A stretch of DNA of 64,000 nt from Octopus vulgaris (lineage: Eukaryota). Position 1 is the first letter of the stretch. Each line of letters opens with the position of its first letter. Made by a program: the position numbers and the translations under genes. Location: the NCBI GenBank assembly GCA_951406725.2, contig OX597834.1:13888001-13952000 (forward strand). Reading direction: 5' to 3'. Under the pieces are notes generated by a model. That model searched no databases. It saw only the letters and a list, made by a program, of their open reading frames with translations, and was not told the origin of the DNA. Positions 27,881-41,508 of the stretch are shown in pieces.

Positions 27881-28029
27881 GAGTGAGAGAGCAGTTCATG
27901 CCATCAAAGTGACACTGGGGTAAAATATACAAAGCCCAATATACCCATCATGACTACCCGTCTGATAAGGGTACACCAGGCACATGCATCACAACCATAT
28001 GTGCGCGACATGGTGATCTCATATCAAGA

Positions 28030-28086
<57 letters not shown>

Positions 28087-28412
28087 TATTATTATTATTA
28101 TATTATTATTATTGAGTGAGAGAGCAGTTCATGCCATCAAAGTGACGCTGGGGTAAAATATACGAAGCCCAATATACCCATCATGACTACCCGTCTGATA
28201 AGGGTACACCAGGCACATTCATCACAACCATATGTGCGCGACATGGTTATCTTATATCAAGATAAACAGCACATGATCTTGCAGGTGGGGCCCAGTTAAA
28301 ATTTTCTTCAGGTTGAGTAGCCCATCCCGCTCAAAAGGTCCCTGAATAAAGGTTGTTTAAAGATGTTGAAAGAACCACCCATGTTTCCAGAGGTGAATTA
28401 TTCAAACCCCAA
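27881..28412. mobile_element. Non-coding element embedded in (ATT)n, first ~150 bp duplicated (27881-28030 and 28113-28260)
   Basis: gagtgagagagcagttcatgccatcaaagtgac... occurs twice, each copy directly after (ATT)n. Confidence 0.7.
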
Positions 28413-28444
28413 ATCATCATTATTATTATTATTATTATTATTAA

Positions 28445-28494
<50 letters not shown>

Positions 28495-29364
28495 CACTGC
28501 ATCATCATCATCATCATCGTCATCATCATCATCATCATTATCATCATCAGTCGTCTTCGTCGCCGTCGTAGTAATAGTATTATTAATAATAGTAGTAGTA
28601 GTAGTAGCAGCAGCAGCAGTTGCCTTTGTCGTAGTAGTAGTAGTTGTTCTTGGTTTTTGCAGTAGCACTTGTGTTCGGTCGGTTAGTCAGATGGGCGTTT
28701 GGCGGTGCCAGATTTTCTGCGTGACCTGATTAGCAAAATTAATATGTCTGGACGATTATATTTCAGGGTGAAATACAATTTGCAAGGATGAGAGAGTTAA
28801 CTGACTTTAATAACGGAACACAAAATTTCCTTTACTCTAAGGCACTTCAGTTAGGGCAATTAACAATAGGACAAGCCAACAAACTTACAAAAAATATAAA
28901 CAAAATCCAAGCAAACAAACTTACAGGGACTAATGTACTTACAAAAATGAACAAAACTAAAATAAAAAGGCAATTTTAATTGTCAATTACTTCTGGCACC
29001 ATGACAAATGTAATTATTGATTAACGAAATTGTTAAAAACAATATCAATTATTTTATATATAATCCCAAATATAGCAGCAATTTCAGTATGCATCCATTC
29101 GCGTAGAGAGGCCCGATTGTGAAAATATCTAGCCAATAGAAATTCCGAATGTTTTGGGGAAAACATCAAGCCATAAAAAATGTATATATACAATCATATA
29201 TAAGTGTATACATAAATATATGTGAGTGTGTATTTGTGTGTGTGTGTGTGTGTGTGTATTTGTATGTATGTATATATGTATATATGTATATATATATATA
29301 TATATGTGTGTATGTGTTTGTGTAAGTGTATGTATGTGTATATATGCATGTATCTTTATATATA

Positions 29365-30225
29365 CAGGCTGTGTAAGGTATTTGGTTACATACATTTTTT
29401 GGTCATTGCTGCATATTTTGCTAGCACTGTATAAACTTTGTTTCAGAAAATAGAAATAGCAGATCTTCAGCCTACACAAAAAAGGAAGAGGCATGCTGTT
29501 ATTGTGGATATAAAGCTCTTAAACAAACTGAAAAATCTAGCTGAAGAAGATTTGATCTTGTTTTTTTCTCAAACGAGAGAAACTTCGACCAAAAAATTAG
29601 AAGAAATCATGGCTGGCGATGCGCAAACAATTCTGAAGTTTCAAGTATTATTAATACAAAATTTCCTGCATCTGTCATAGTTTTAGGGATTGGAAGCAAC
29701 GAAGGACATGTGATGCTTCTTTAATTATTTCCACAAGGCCGCCTACATTGAGAATATGGAAGAAATTGTTCAGCCGTGGACGAACAGCGCATGCAATCGA
29801 AAGCCAAATGTTTCCGTAAGTCTCTGCACTATCATACCTGGCTTTAGTAACACTGGAATTGATGGTTAAACATTGTCATGGTCACATAACCACTAACATT
29901 TGGCCTTCTAATTCCACAGATCTCAACCCATTGGATCATTACATGTGGAACGTTGTTGAGAGAGAGGTCAATGAACAAGCCCATAACACCAAAGATCCTT
30001 CAAAAGCTGCCATAGCCAAAGTAATGTCGAAAATGAACCAGGACCACTTGATTCGGGCATGAAGATGATTTAGATCTTATACAGAAGCAGTTGTTGAAGC
30101 TGAAGGTGGCTTTATTAAATAACATTATAGAAAAGAAGTTTTATTTTTATCGTCATAGCATTGTTCGAGAAATAAATTTATTATGTGCTATTATAAATCA
30201 ATCAACAAATATCTTACGAATTCTG
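29365..30225 (+). mobile_element. Decayed Tc1/mariner-superfamily transposon with degenerate TIRs (possibly DD37D/maT type)
   Basis: IWPSNSTDLNPLDHYMW matches the WPxNSPDLNPxD catalytic motif; ends in AVVEAEGGFIK; termini caggctgtgtaaggtatttg / caaatatcttacgaattctg are imperfect inverted repeats. Confidence 0.82.
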
Positions 30226-30471
30226 CATATATATATATATATATATATATATGAATGTATGTATAGTGATATTTCACCTCTCCATGCCCAGACTAGTAAC
30301 CTGATGTAGAACTCAATATATGTATTGTGCAGAAAGCAATGGTACATGGGTATATAGTGGTAATAGAAAACAAGGGCACATCTCTGGAAAAACCAAATGT
30401 TATGTATTGTACTTCATTTGTTTTTTCCCTAGTGTCATCTCGTTACATACATGCATACAGACACACACACA

Positions 30472-30514
<43 letters not shown>

Positions 30515-30516
<2 letters not shown>

Positions 30517-30749
30517 TCATTTACTCTTTTACTTGTTTCAGTCATTTCACTGCGGCCATGCTGGATCACTGCCTTTAATCGAGCAACTCGACTCCGGCAC
30601 TCATTCGTTGTAAGCCCAGTACTTATTCTATCGGCATCCCTTGCCGCTAAGTGACGGGGACATAAACACACCAGCATCGGTTGTCAAGCAATGCTAGGGG
30701 GACAAACACAGACACACAAACATACACGCACATATATATATATATATGT

Positions 30750-30842
<93 letters not shown>

Positions 30843-30917
30843 AAGGGCTTCTTTCAGTTTCCGTCTACCAAATCCACTCACAAGGCTTTGGTAGGCCCGA
30901 GGCTATAATAGAAGAGG
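30515..30917 (-). mobile_element. SINE family A, 5'-truncated, with expanded internal (TA)n
   Basis: Body and tail match; more than 100 bp of internal (TA)n. Confidence 0.9.
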
Positions 30918-31210
30918 ATACAAAACGACATACATCAGCTGGTAGACATTCCAGTATGTCTATTCAAAAGTATTAAAAGATATTAGAAGTGTACATACAC
31001 ATATAGTAACTATGTCTTACACACACATGAATTAATTAATATTACGGGAAAGAGTATAAGATCAGTTCCTCTTGGCCGTTTCTGCCAAGAGGCGACGAAA
31101 TCCTCCATGCTATCTCTATCCCTTGGGCTATGGTAGGGTCTTGGGTAATTTTGTTCGACTAAAGGCTATGCTCTAGCATTGCCGCAGTCAAGTGACTGAA
31201 ATAAGTAAAA

Positions 31211-31294
<84 letters not shown>

Positions 31295-31388
31295 ATACAT
31301 ATATACAAGATAAGAAAATGGAGAAATACATCTAAATTGGATATGTTATCCCATGGAGGGTTGCACTTACAACCCCTATCTCAATTTG

Positions 31389-31459
<71 letters not shown>

Positions 31460-31831
31460 AGGAGGCAGTCAGAATTTTGGATAATTGTTTGCAGGGCTTT
31501 CATCTCTTTAATAGAATTCTTGAGATGTATTCCACGGATTTTTTTTTCATTTGTATAAAATCCAAAAGCGATTGATATTACGGAACAAGAAAGAGACTAG
31601 AAAAAGAAGATAGGAGAGGAGGCTGGAGGTGACAGGAAAAAGAAAAGATGGCAGAACACAGCACATACTTTGGGATGAACTTCAACTTAACATACGGTTA
31701 AATGCTAATTGACATTTCCAGATATCAATTTCACAGGACGTTGATAAGAAGAAAGAACGGAAAGGAAGAAACGAAAATTTGGAAAGAGAAACAGGGACAG
31801 AAAACGAAATTCTTTCTCGCTCTTACTCTCT

Positions 31832-32218
31832 GTGGAGGCGCAATGGCCCAGTGGTTAGGGCAGCGGACTCGCGGCCGTAGGATCGCGGTTTCGATTACCA
31901 GACCGGGCGTTGTGAGTGTTTATTGAGCGAAAACACCTAAAAGGTCCACAAGGCTCCGGCAGGGGATGGTGGTGATCCCTGCTGTACTCTTTCACCACAA
32001 CTTTCTCTTTCACTCTTACTTCCTGTTTCTGTGTACCTGTATTTCAAGGGGCCGGCCATGTCACTCTCTGTGTCACGCTGAATATCCCCGAGAACTACGT
32101 TAAGGGTGCACGTGTCTGTGGAGTGCTCAGACACTTACACGTTAATTTCACAAGCAGGTTGTTCCGTTGATTCGGATCAACCGGAATCCTCATCGTCGTA
32201 ACCGACGGAGTGCTTCCA
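31832..32218 (+). mobile_element. SINE family B, full length with target-site duplication
   Basis: tRNA-like head ggaggcgcaatggcccagtggttagggcagcggactcgcgg..gtttcgatt; TSD tcttactctct at 31821-31831 and 32224-32234; near-identical copy at 45139. Confidence 0.92.
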
Positions 32219-32567
32219 AAATGTCTTACTCTCTCTCCTACCTTCCTTCCTCTTTTCTCTTTCTCCTTTTCTAAGCAAAACAAAACTACATCTTTTTGGC
32301 GATACGTATAGAAGGATAAAGCAGTTTTCTGTATATCATATCTGAAGAGTCATATTCAACGGACAGAAAGGCTAATAAATAATTACCCATAATTCTCCAT
32401 TTTGCTTAAGATATAATGTCTCGATACTCACATGTGTTGTGCGTGTGTGCATTTGTGTCATTAGTAGCTTTAGTCACAACATTCACGACAATGTGTGATA
32501 AATGATTTATGCCTGGCTGCTAAAGAGAAATCAGAACAGGAAAGCTATCAATTCCTTATCAGTTTCA

Positions 32568-32595
<28 letters not shown>

Positions 32596-32602
<7 letters not shown>

Positions 32603-32843
32603 AAAAAGGAAATGAAGAAAATGCTGACAAAATAATTTAAGGAGATGTGGAACACGAGTTGTGATATTTAAAAAAGGAAATGAAGAGAATGCTGACAAAA
32701 TAATTTAAGTAATTTAATTAGGTGAAAGTTGCAACCGGTAAAAAGAACTTTCACCTAATTAAATTACTTAAATTATTTTGTCAGCATTCTCTTCATTTCC
32801 TTTTTTAAATATCACAACTCGTGTTCCACATCTCCTTTTTTAA

Positions 32844-32845
<2 letters not shown>
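32596..32845. repeat. Perfect fold-back (92-bp arms, 15-bp loop) plus a ~45-bp direct duplication, within (TA)n
   Basis: 32639-32730 and 32746-32837 are exact reverse complements by eye; 32596-32640 repeats 32664-32708. Confidence 0.95.
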
Positions 32846-32875
<30 letters not shown>

Positions 32876-32876
<1 letters not shown>

Positions 32877-33085
32877 GTTAATCTAAACATGAAAACACAA
32901 AGAAAAAACACAACCCGAGGACGTGGAACAAGTATAGTGTTATTAGACGCTCAGTAAGGAAGGAAAGAAGTAGGACTTAATGTTTCGAGCGGAGCTCTTC
33001 GTCAGAAACATAGGAAAAGGAAAGATCCAAAGAAGGGAAGACGGAGGAAAAAATATCGCTAACGGTACACAAGCGGTCACATTTT
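32876..33085 (-). mobile_element. Short repeat with a minimal hammerhead-like motif at about 32975-33009
   Basis: Minus strand gttt-CTGACGA-a-gagc tcc gctc-GAAAC-ATT-aagt; canonical CUGACGA core; layout related to the 16805 family. Confidence 0.7.
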
Positions 33086-33232
33086 GAAGGGGTTTGTATG
33101 ATTGTGTATAGAGGGATTTATATTATTCAAAGGTGTTCCAACTCTGTCTGCTTTTTATGTTTTATTTATATTCTTTATAATATTAATGTAGGATATAGAA
33201 TATATAGTATAAATAGTATATATATAGTAAAA

Positions 33233-33625
33233 TGAAATGAAGTATTGATTGTCTTATTGAATAGATGAAATATTGAATATCAAATGAGTGGTTGTATAAT
33301 GTCAACATGACGTGACAGTACCGTATGGGAATTACATCACCGCTGTTTAGCCCTAGGAAGCATCGAACGCTTCCTGTCGGCTTTGACACATTTCCAGTGT
33401 CCTTATATTTGGACAAATATAAGGGGACAAATATACGAGACTGTCACGTTATGTTGACAGTATACAACCACTCTAGCGCTCCACCACCGCTCATGTCTCT
33501 TTGAGACATTTACAAATTTAATATTTCTGAATATCAAATATTAAAAGACTAGTGTACTTTCTTGAAGACTGGGACCTTGAAGACTGCTTTCATCTATTCA
33601 ATAAGGCAATCAATACTTCATTTCA
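33233..33625. mobile_element. Element with nested inverted repeats, homologous to 2560-2807
   Basis: Outer IR 33233-33270/33588-33625, inner IR 33286-33319/33440-33473, small hairpin at about 33398-33429; shares accgctgt.tagccctaggaagcatcgaacgc.tcctg with the 2613 element. Confidence 0.85.
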
Positions 33626-34839
33626 ATGTGTGTGTGTGTGGGGGGGTGCATAGTGTACGCAACACTTTTTGTATCGGTCTAGTTTAAGACAATGTTGGGA
33701 CTGAATATGAAAATCCATAAGCAAAGACATTCAAGCCCCGATTATTCAAACCCTAACGCCACTTAGTACAACATCAGAAAACGCCGACTTTCCTTTAAAA
33801 ATAATTGAAGAATAACTTTATATATACCGAGTGGTACTCCTTTTAACTGATCTAAACTCACAGAACATGCATCGTTCGTTAGTACACTGGATTGATGAGT
33901 TGACTAATATTAGTTCTCCTCTTTTCTTCTTCCAGTTGCTGTTAAATCTATTCTTCCTTATACAATAAGTATCAGATACGCGGTGGCGTAGTCCTTACGT
34001 TAACGAGATTTTCCATTTGGCGTAAAATACTTTGAAATATTAAATTATTTGTATTAATTAACTAATTTTACCTCGATAATAATTCGGGGAACACTTTTGT
34101 ACCTCCTTCCTACATAAGCCTGTCAGTTCATTTTAGAAAATACTTCAGAGATTTAGCTTATATTAAGGTACAATCGGATAAGTTTTTGCGATTGTGCGAT
34201 GGTTGGGAAAATTGCACAGGTGAACTATTAGAAATATAACATGAAAACGAAGTCTTTTATAAGGAAGAAATTTACATGGACACATGATGAAAATCTATTG
34301 TATAATATTGATAATCTCACTTTACACATCTTATTCACTACATCTGACAAGAGTGTGTTTCGAAGAAAGTGAAGACAACGAACATTACAATACAGCGACA
34401 TATCTGAGTGTTATGATCACGTAAAAATCCGAAGTATGATAAAAGAATTGTGTTGACAACGTTACAAACACAATTGTTCGAATATAACACTGTGGTAGAC
34501 GACAATACGGTAATGTCATTTTAAATTATTTTATATTAGATAGTATCACGTACAATTATAACATTTTCAAAAGTATAGCAGACGAACATAATTTCATTGA
34601 AATTTATCACTTAGACAATATCAGTCGAATACATTGACAATTAAACACTCACATACACACAATCTTACACATAAAAATGTTGCAATTCGCTTATATTTGT
34701 TTCTCTTAGGTTTCGAGTTCCATAAACTGCCTCTATACACTTACTTTCCTCTTTCAAATTCGGAAGAATGAAATGTATTTGTAAAATAGATGAATTGACT
34801 ACACATATAAAAACGTGTGTGTATATATATATATATATA

Positions 34840-35025
34840 GGGAAAGTTTACGAAAAAAACAATAGACGAAGAAAGGTGGTGTACAAAACAAACAGATGTA
34901 TTTGTATAACGCTCAGGAATAGAATAAGTATTTTGTGTTTCGAGCCTACGCTCTTCTACAGAAAAGTACACAGAATAAACAAGGAGAGAAAAAATGTGTG
35001 TAGTGGCTAACGATCTATCATGGCG
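34840..35025 (-). mobile_element. Copy of the hammerhead-like repeat family (motif at 34930-34965)
   Basis: Plus strand gtttcgagcctacgctcttctacagaaaag; rest is the reverse complement of 16805-17003. Confidence 0.75.
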
Positions 35026-35026
35026 A

Positions 35027-35315
35027 CTGTTGTGGTTGTTTGTCCTTCTCGAGCCACGCCTGGCTCATAGGGCCGGTTTCCCGGTTTCCTTGGCGTGTAT
35101 GTTCCCCACCTGGATGGGACGCCGGTCCGTCGCAGGTGATCTGCAAGATGCAGGAGGAAACAGTGAGAGAAAGTTGTAGCGAAAAAGTCAGCAGAAGTTC
35201 TCTATTACCTTCTGCCGGAGCCGCGTGGAGCTTAGGTGTTTCGCTCATAAACACACACATCGCCCGGTCTGAGATTCAAACCCGCTGCTCTAATCACTAG
35301 GCCATGTGCCTCCAC
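35027..35315 (-). mobile_element. SINE with family B head/body and an alternative 3' tail (tail type 2)
   Basis: gccggagccgcgtggagcttaggtgtttcgctcataaacacacac..cactaggccatgtgcctccac matches the B head; tail unrelated to the 31832 tail. Confidence 0.8.
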
Positions 35316-37697
35316 ACACGCACACACACACATATATATATATGTGTGTGTGTGTAACAATGTAGGGAGACAAGTAGATTTGGTTTTGACCACATATAGT
35401 ATTAATTTCAGTTAATATATTTAATGTGGTAGGTCCCGAGAAAATATAAAAAGTTAGACAATGCAAAGAGATATAATAAGCCTTTATTTATTTATACATA
35501 AAAACAGAAAAATTTATATTTAGAAAATTTTCCGACATATATATAGGAACCAGATTTTTAGTGATATCATTTCTTTGCTGACCATAACAAAGGAAGCACA
35601 TACTCAACGTGATATATAAAACATTTTATGTTGGTTTGCCATATGCTGCTCAAGAGCTTCTGTATCTGTTTGATTTCAACTCATTCATTCCCGAAAATAG
35701 GATATCTGATGAATAAACCTACATGTATGTAAATATGTATATAAATAAAAGGGGCAGGCAACAGCTTGCTTGGCCGCATACCGAAAAAATTAGAAATGGC
35801 AGCCATCGATTGTTTATTTCTATTTTCTACAAATGGGACTCCACATACGACGTATCCCTGTAATTCACATATGCAAAACAGAAGGAATAAATAACGAAAA
35901 CAAAGTCTAATGGTCATTCGCGAACATGTTTCTAGATCAGAAATATAAGTTCATATCTTTCATCAGTGCAACTCTCCATAAAAATAGAATTATCAAATGC
36001 TGTCTATGTTTTCATGCACGTTTGCATGTACGTATGTATGTATGTGTGTATATATAGATGCAGGTATGTATGTACAAATGTGTGTGTATATATGTATAAT
36101 TGTATTATTTACGGGTGTGTGTATGTAAGAACGTACGTATATACAAGATTATGAATTCGCATTCATATAACAAATTATTAGTGCGCAGGTTTTGTAGTTA
36201 AATGCCTCAAGGAAAAATTGGAAAAGCTGCGGGATTTTAAAATTGGAAATATAGACTTAAACGTATAGGATATTATATCTCTGTTACTTTAACAATTCTT
36301 TGAAACAGAAATCTTTAATTCTTGCACTTAATCTGCAAAATGAGACAATTATTATTTAAAAGGTATTTGCAGATATATTCTCAACGAGACAAATGTTAAT
36401 ATTTGTAAAAACCGTTGTCCTCTAAATATGACGATGAATAATATGCTGCCGGTCGTGAGTAAGATAATAATAGTTATTCTGCTTATTATGATCAGGACGT
36501 TGATAACGCAAAGGCCATTAACAAGCTAAGAAGAATTAAAGGCTTTGTGAGAGAAATAGCTCCATTTATCAACGGTTTATGAGATTTCCATTAGCTGACA
36601 GGGAAAATGTTATTGGGTGTATAAAACTAGTACCAGTTGTTAAAATAATTAGGGAGATCAATGGAATCATCTAGAACCTAACGAGCGAAGCCTGTAAAGG
36701 AAGATTACTCAATTTTAGGCATAGAGTGATTTACAGAGAGAAGCCCCGATACAACCTCCATTTAGGAGTGTATAAGCGCAGAGCAACAATGCACGAATGA
36801 TCGAGAAACTAACATAATAAAAGCATGTATAAAATAAATAAAATAATGTATACACCTCTGATTAATACACCTGTGATCAATTCCATGCGTATTCCAATAT
36901 GTTTTCCATATGCTACACAATTTAAATATATTTAATAACAAACTCCAGTATAAGGTGCGTATACTTATAGTACCCGAAGTCTCCCATCTATTTCCGACAC
37001 TATATTACTAGTAGCCAGACTTCTCGAAAGCCTTTACTATATTCTTAAGAAACACACACACAGAAACACACTCACGCACACATATACGCACAACACACAT
37101 ACACAAACACAACGGCCTTCACCATGATAGATCGTTAACCAGACAACTCTTATTTACAATACACTAGGTCCCCAGACGCCCCGGTTGATTTATAACACCC
37201 ACGGCTTCTACAACCAGAATTTGTCATTTTCCTGACCACCATGTTGGTCCGTAACAACTTTATATCCCTTATCCTTACATTCTTTTACATTCCTTTATAT
37301 TTCTGATAATTTTTTAATATTTTTTTTATAACTTTATATCTTTATATTCATTTATACGTTTTTATATCTTTATACTCTATATTTTTATATTTTTCTATAC
37401 TTATATTCTTATCTTTCACATTTTTATATTTTTTTTTATCCTTCGCCCTGAATTCTCGCCCCTCCATCTTTATCCCTATTTACTCTTATTACCAGGTTCC
37501 TTCACGTCTGTCTGTATTTATATATGTATATATTTATTTATTCATGTATTTATATTACCTCGACATCCAAACTTCCTCATTCTACATTGAGAGAAGGACG
37601 AGATGGACGCTTCATTTTGTCGTACGCGAATGAGAGGATTTGCATCCCCAACGTAGAACTTTTGATGTAATACATGTCCTTGTGGTAGTAATTGTGC

Positions 37698-37775
37698 GCG
37701 GCTGAAGAAGGCCATAGACACACATTATGCATTATTATAAATCCGTGTAATAAAGGCCCGAAACATATGTACCAC
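37698..37775 (+). ncRNA. Minimal type I hammerhead ribozyme motif
   Basis: gcgg-CTGAAGA-aggcc...ggccc-GAAA-CATATG-TA-ccac: intact core, GGCC/GGCC stem II, palindromic CAUAUG stem III, GUA triplet, stem I 3 of 4 pairs. Confidence 0.72.
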
Positions 37776-37927
37776 CGAATCCTTGGATTCATGTTTTTAT
37801 TTTGATTAATTTAGGTATATATATATGTAGGTCCCGGGTTGAGTCGGGGTTAACCACAGTAAATAAGGTACTCAATACATCTGAATGAAACAGTTCTAGT
37901 CCTGTAGTAGCTCCCTCTATAAAATAA

Positions 37928-37978
<51 letters not shown>

Positions 37979-38029
37979 AATATATATATAAACATGTATA
38001 TATAATCACAAAAAAACTTTATGTATAAT

Positions 38030-38850
38030 TATAATGATAACGGTGATTAAACGAGGGAAGCTTGTCAGTACAGAAGCCATGTGGTTTGAGAAATGGTGAA
38101 ATGATGAAGGCTATAGGTATCTAGAAATACTTGAGGAAGATGGAATAAAAAAGAAACGACATGAGGGTAAAGACAAAAAGAAAGTATCTGCGACGAGTGA
38201 GGGAAATATTGGCTTCTAAGTTGGATACCAGAAACATGATTTCAGCAGGAAACTCGCGAGCTGTCGCAATAGTGTGGTAAGGCCCTGGAATCCTGAAGCC
38301 GACAGAGGAGGACCTAAAGGACATCGACAGGAATTCAAGAAATCTCCTACAGATACATAGAGCACATCGTCCACGCGCAGATGCTGATCACCTATACGTG
38401 AAGAATATAAATGAAGGAAGAGAACTGGTAACTGTTGAAGACTACATGCGTATCGAACTCGATGAGATACCGAGCCCAAAGTAAGGAAATTTTGCTAGTG
38501 ACAGTTAGGAACGAGGGAGTATTGAAAGATGGGAAAAAAGGAAGAAATAAAGAAATGGGAAGTAGTCATGAAAAAGAATTGGACAAGAAGGATTAAGATA
38601 TCAATTCCAGGAAGCCACAACAGAAGTTGCTGGAAAAAATAGGTGGGATTGGTTGAAGAAATGGACACTGAAAATGTGACTAAGAACGCTATACTAGCCG
38701 CGCAAGACCAAGCTTTGGCCACGAACAGGAAAATCAACCTTAGGAATGAGCCAGTGTTTCCGCTGTATTGCATCTGCAATAAAGTCATTGTTCATGTCAC
38801 AAATGAATGCCCTAGACTCGCCCCAAACCAAATCTGCCCCTGGAACCTCG
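38030..38850 (+). pseudogene. Decayed R4/Dong-type non-LTR retrotransposon fragment (RT C-terminus to zinc knuckle)
   Basis: Readable remnants KRKYLRRVREILASKLDTRNMISAGNSRAVAIV and AILAAQDQALAT..CICNKVIVHVTNECPRLA; shares AQDQAL with the 23480 fragment. Confidence 0.75.
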
Positions 38851-38903
38851 TGGTTATAAGTTTATATTAATAAGTTTATATTAATAAGTTTATATTAATA
38901 ATA

Positions 38904-39305
38904 GGCGCAGGAGTGGCTGTGTGGTAAGTAGCTTGCTAACCAACCACATGGTTCCGGGTTCAGTCCCACTGCGTGGAATCTTGGGCAAGTGTCTTCTGCT
39001 ATAGCCTCGGGCCGACCAATGCCTTGTGAGTGGATTTGGTAGACGGAAACTGAAAGAAGCCTGTCGTATATATGTATATATATGTATATGTATATATGTA
39101 TATATGTTTGTGTGTCTGTGTTTGTCCCCCTAGCATTGCTTGACCACCGATGCTGATGTGTTTACGTCCCCGTCACTTAGCAGTTCGGCAAAAGAGACAA
39201 AAGAATAAGTCCCAGGGTCTAGTTGCTCGATTAAAGGGCGGTGCTCCAGCATAGCCGCAGTCAAATGACTGAAACAAGTAAAAGAGAGTAAAAGAGAGTA
39301 AGAGA
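38904..39305 (+). mobile_element. Full-length SINE family A
   Basis: ggcgcaggagtggctgtgtggtaag head to (aaagagagta)n tail. Confidence 0.93.
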
Positions 39306-40002
39306 ATCAATTTTGCACCTGGTTACGTTTGCAAATATCCAGGTGTGAATCTGAAATATCTAAAACTTTCAAACATAGAAAGAGGCAATACATGAAAAAA
39401 AAAAGAAATACGGAGATACGACAGGTAAGTAGATCATTAAATGATTCAGATAAATTCTCAGCGTGCAGTATCTTAGAATTTTCGTTGCTCTTTTCCATAT
39501 TGCTGTGTGGGCGGTTTTGTTTCTTACTCTAAATCAATGCATGTCCTTCTACAAAGAATGCGTATTTCGATAAATAATTGCATATTCATACATAGATACC
39601 TCCATGCATACACACGGACAAGGTTATAAAATTATGTTTGTAAAGATATTAATTGGTGCACATGTTCATGTGGATAAACACCTAATGATATGTTCTGGAA
39701 AATCTATTGTTTTCAGAGAAGGAAATTACGCTGGCAATGCTCCCATTAGTAATATAACCAGGTAGTCTAACGGTAATAATACGCAAAGCTTTTCAACTTC
39801 AAAATATAAATCTTCATTGTTATCTATACTTCAACGACGGAGCTTTGAATAATTCGCAGAAATTCGCTTCTTCCTTACAGGCAGACTTCAAATAATTAGA
39901 AATAGAAGGGAACAGACAAACATACATGCTTATATAAACATATGTACGTACACGAATATATACACACATACGTAAAAACACATACACACTTATATATATA
40001 TA

Positions 40003-40220
40003 TACTCTTTTACTCTTTTACTTGTTTCAGTCATTTGACTGCGGCCATGCTGGAGCACAGCATTTTAGTCGAGTAAATCGACCCCAGGACTTATTCCTTG
40101 TAAGCCTAGTACTTATTCTATCAGTCTCTTTCGCTGAACCGCTATGTTATGGGGACGTAAACACACCACCGTCGGTTGTCAAGCAATGGTGGGGGTAGAA
40201 ACACAGACACACAAACATAT

Positions 40221-40291
<71 letters not shown>

Positions 40292-40462
40292 CATATATAC
40301 GACAGGTTTCTTCCAGTTTCCGGCTACCAAATCGCCTCACAAGGCTTTGTTCTGCCAGAGGCTATAGTAGAAGACACTTGCCCAAGATGCCGCGCAGTGG
40401 GAATGAACCCGGAACCATGTGGTTGGTAAGCAAGCTACTTACCACACAGCTACTCCTGCGCC
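40003..40462 (-). mobile_element. Full-length SINE family A
   Basis: Colinear with the 38904 copy in the opposite orientation. Confidence 0.92.
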
Positions 40463-41214
40463 TATACATACAAACAAACAAGCAAGCATACATACATAAA
40501 TATATATAAACGTGTACAGAAAAGGGAGCTTTGCGTCACAACCGGCAGAGAGTACTCACGCTGTGTTATAAAGAGTGAAAATAATATTTCTAATATAGAT
40601 TCTGTAACAATATTTATCTATCTTCACAAATTACATTTCTAACAGCATAAATGTAATTTATTCATTGACGTATATTGGATTTTTTTCCCTATTTTCCATT
40701 CTTACATTGTTTTCACACATGTATGTAAGTGAACGTGTATATATATATATACATATATATATATATGTATGTTTGTATGTCTACTTGTATTAATGTACAT
40801 ATGCATGTGATTATTTTAGTAATTATTAAATATTATATAAAATGCGATATGTTGTTTTCTATATTTTTTAAAAATTTTAGTGAACATTCCTAATAATTAA
40901 TTTAGTATATGTGTTGTTATTAGCATGATTCCTGATGTTTGCTTATATTTTTTTAATATTCCATTTCTTGTCGATATTATATTTGTTGTTTAGAATATTT
41001 TTTGTCAGTTGCTTATAATTATTTCTTTCTTAATAATTTTGCCTACTATGGTGCCGATTTCAACGTTGATGTACACAGAAATATGTATTTACTTAAAACA
41101 GAACCCAAAAGCGATGTGTTATTTGTCGTATATTAAATTAATTATTTGCATACTTGTTTTTACGTAATTTTATATGCGTGCTCGTGAGATACTCTATATT
41201 ATGTACATTATACG

Positions 41215-41248
<34 letters not shown>

Positions 41249-41266
41249 TTTGTATATATGTGTATA

Positions 41267-41318
<52 letters not shown>

Positions 41319-41328
41319 TTATATATTT

Positions 41329-41364
<36 letters not shown>

Positions 41365-41375
41365 GTATATTTATA

Positions 41376-41420
<45 letters not shown>

Positions 41421-41441
41421 GTATATATATGTATATTTATA

Positions 41442-41508
<67 letters not shown>

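Noticed and set aside
31832-31905. tRNA-like sequence as a tRNA gene
   Set aside because: It is the head of a multicopy SINE with a TSD and lacks a complete acceptor stem
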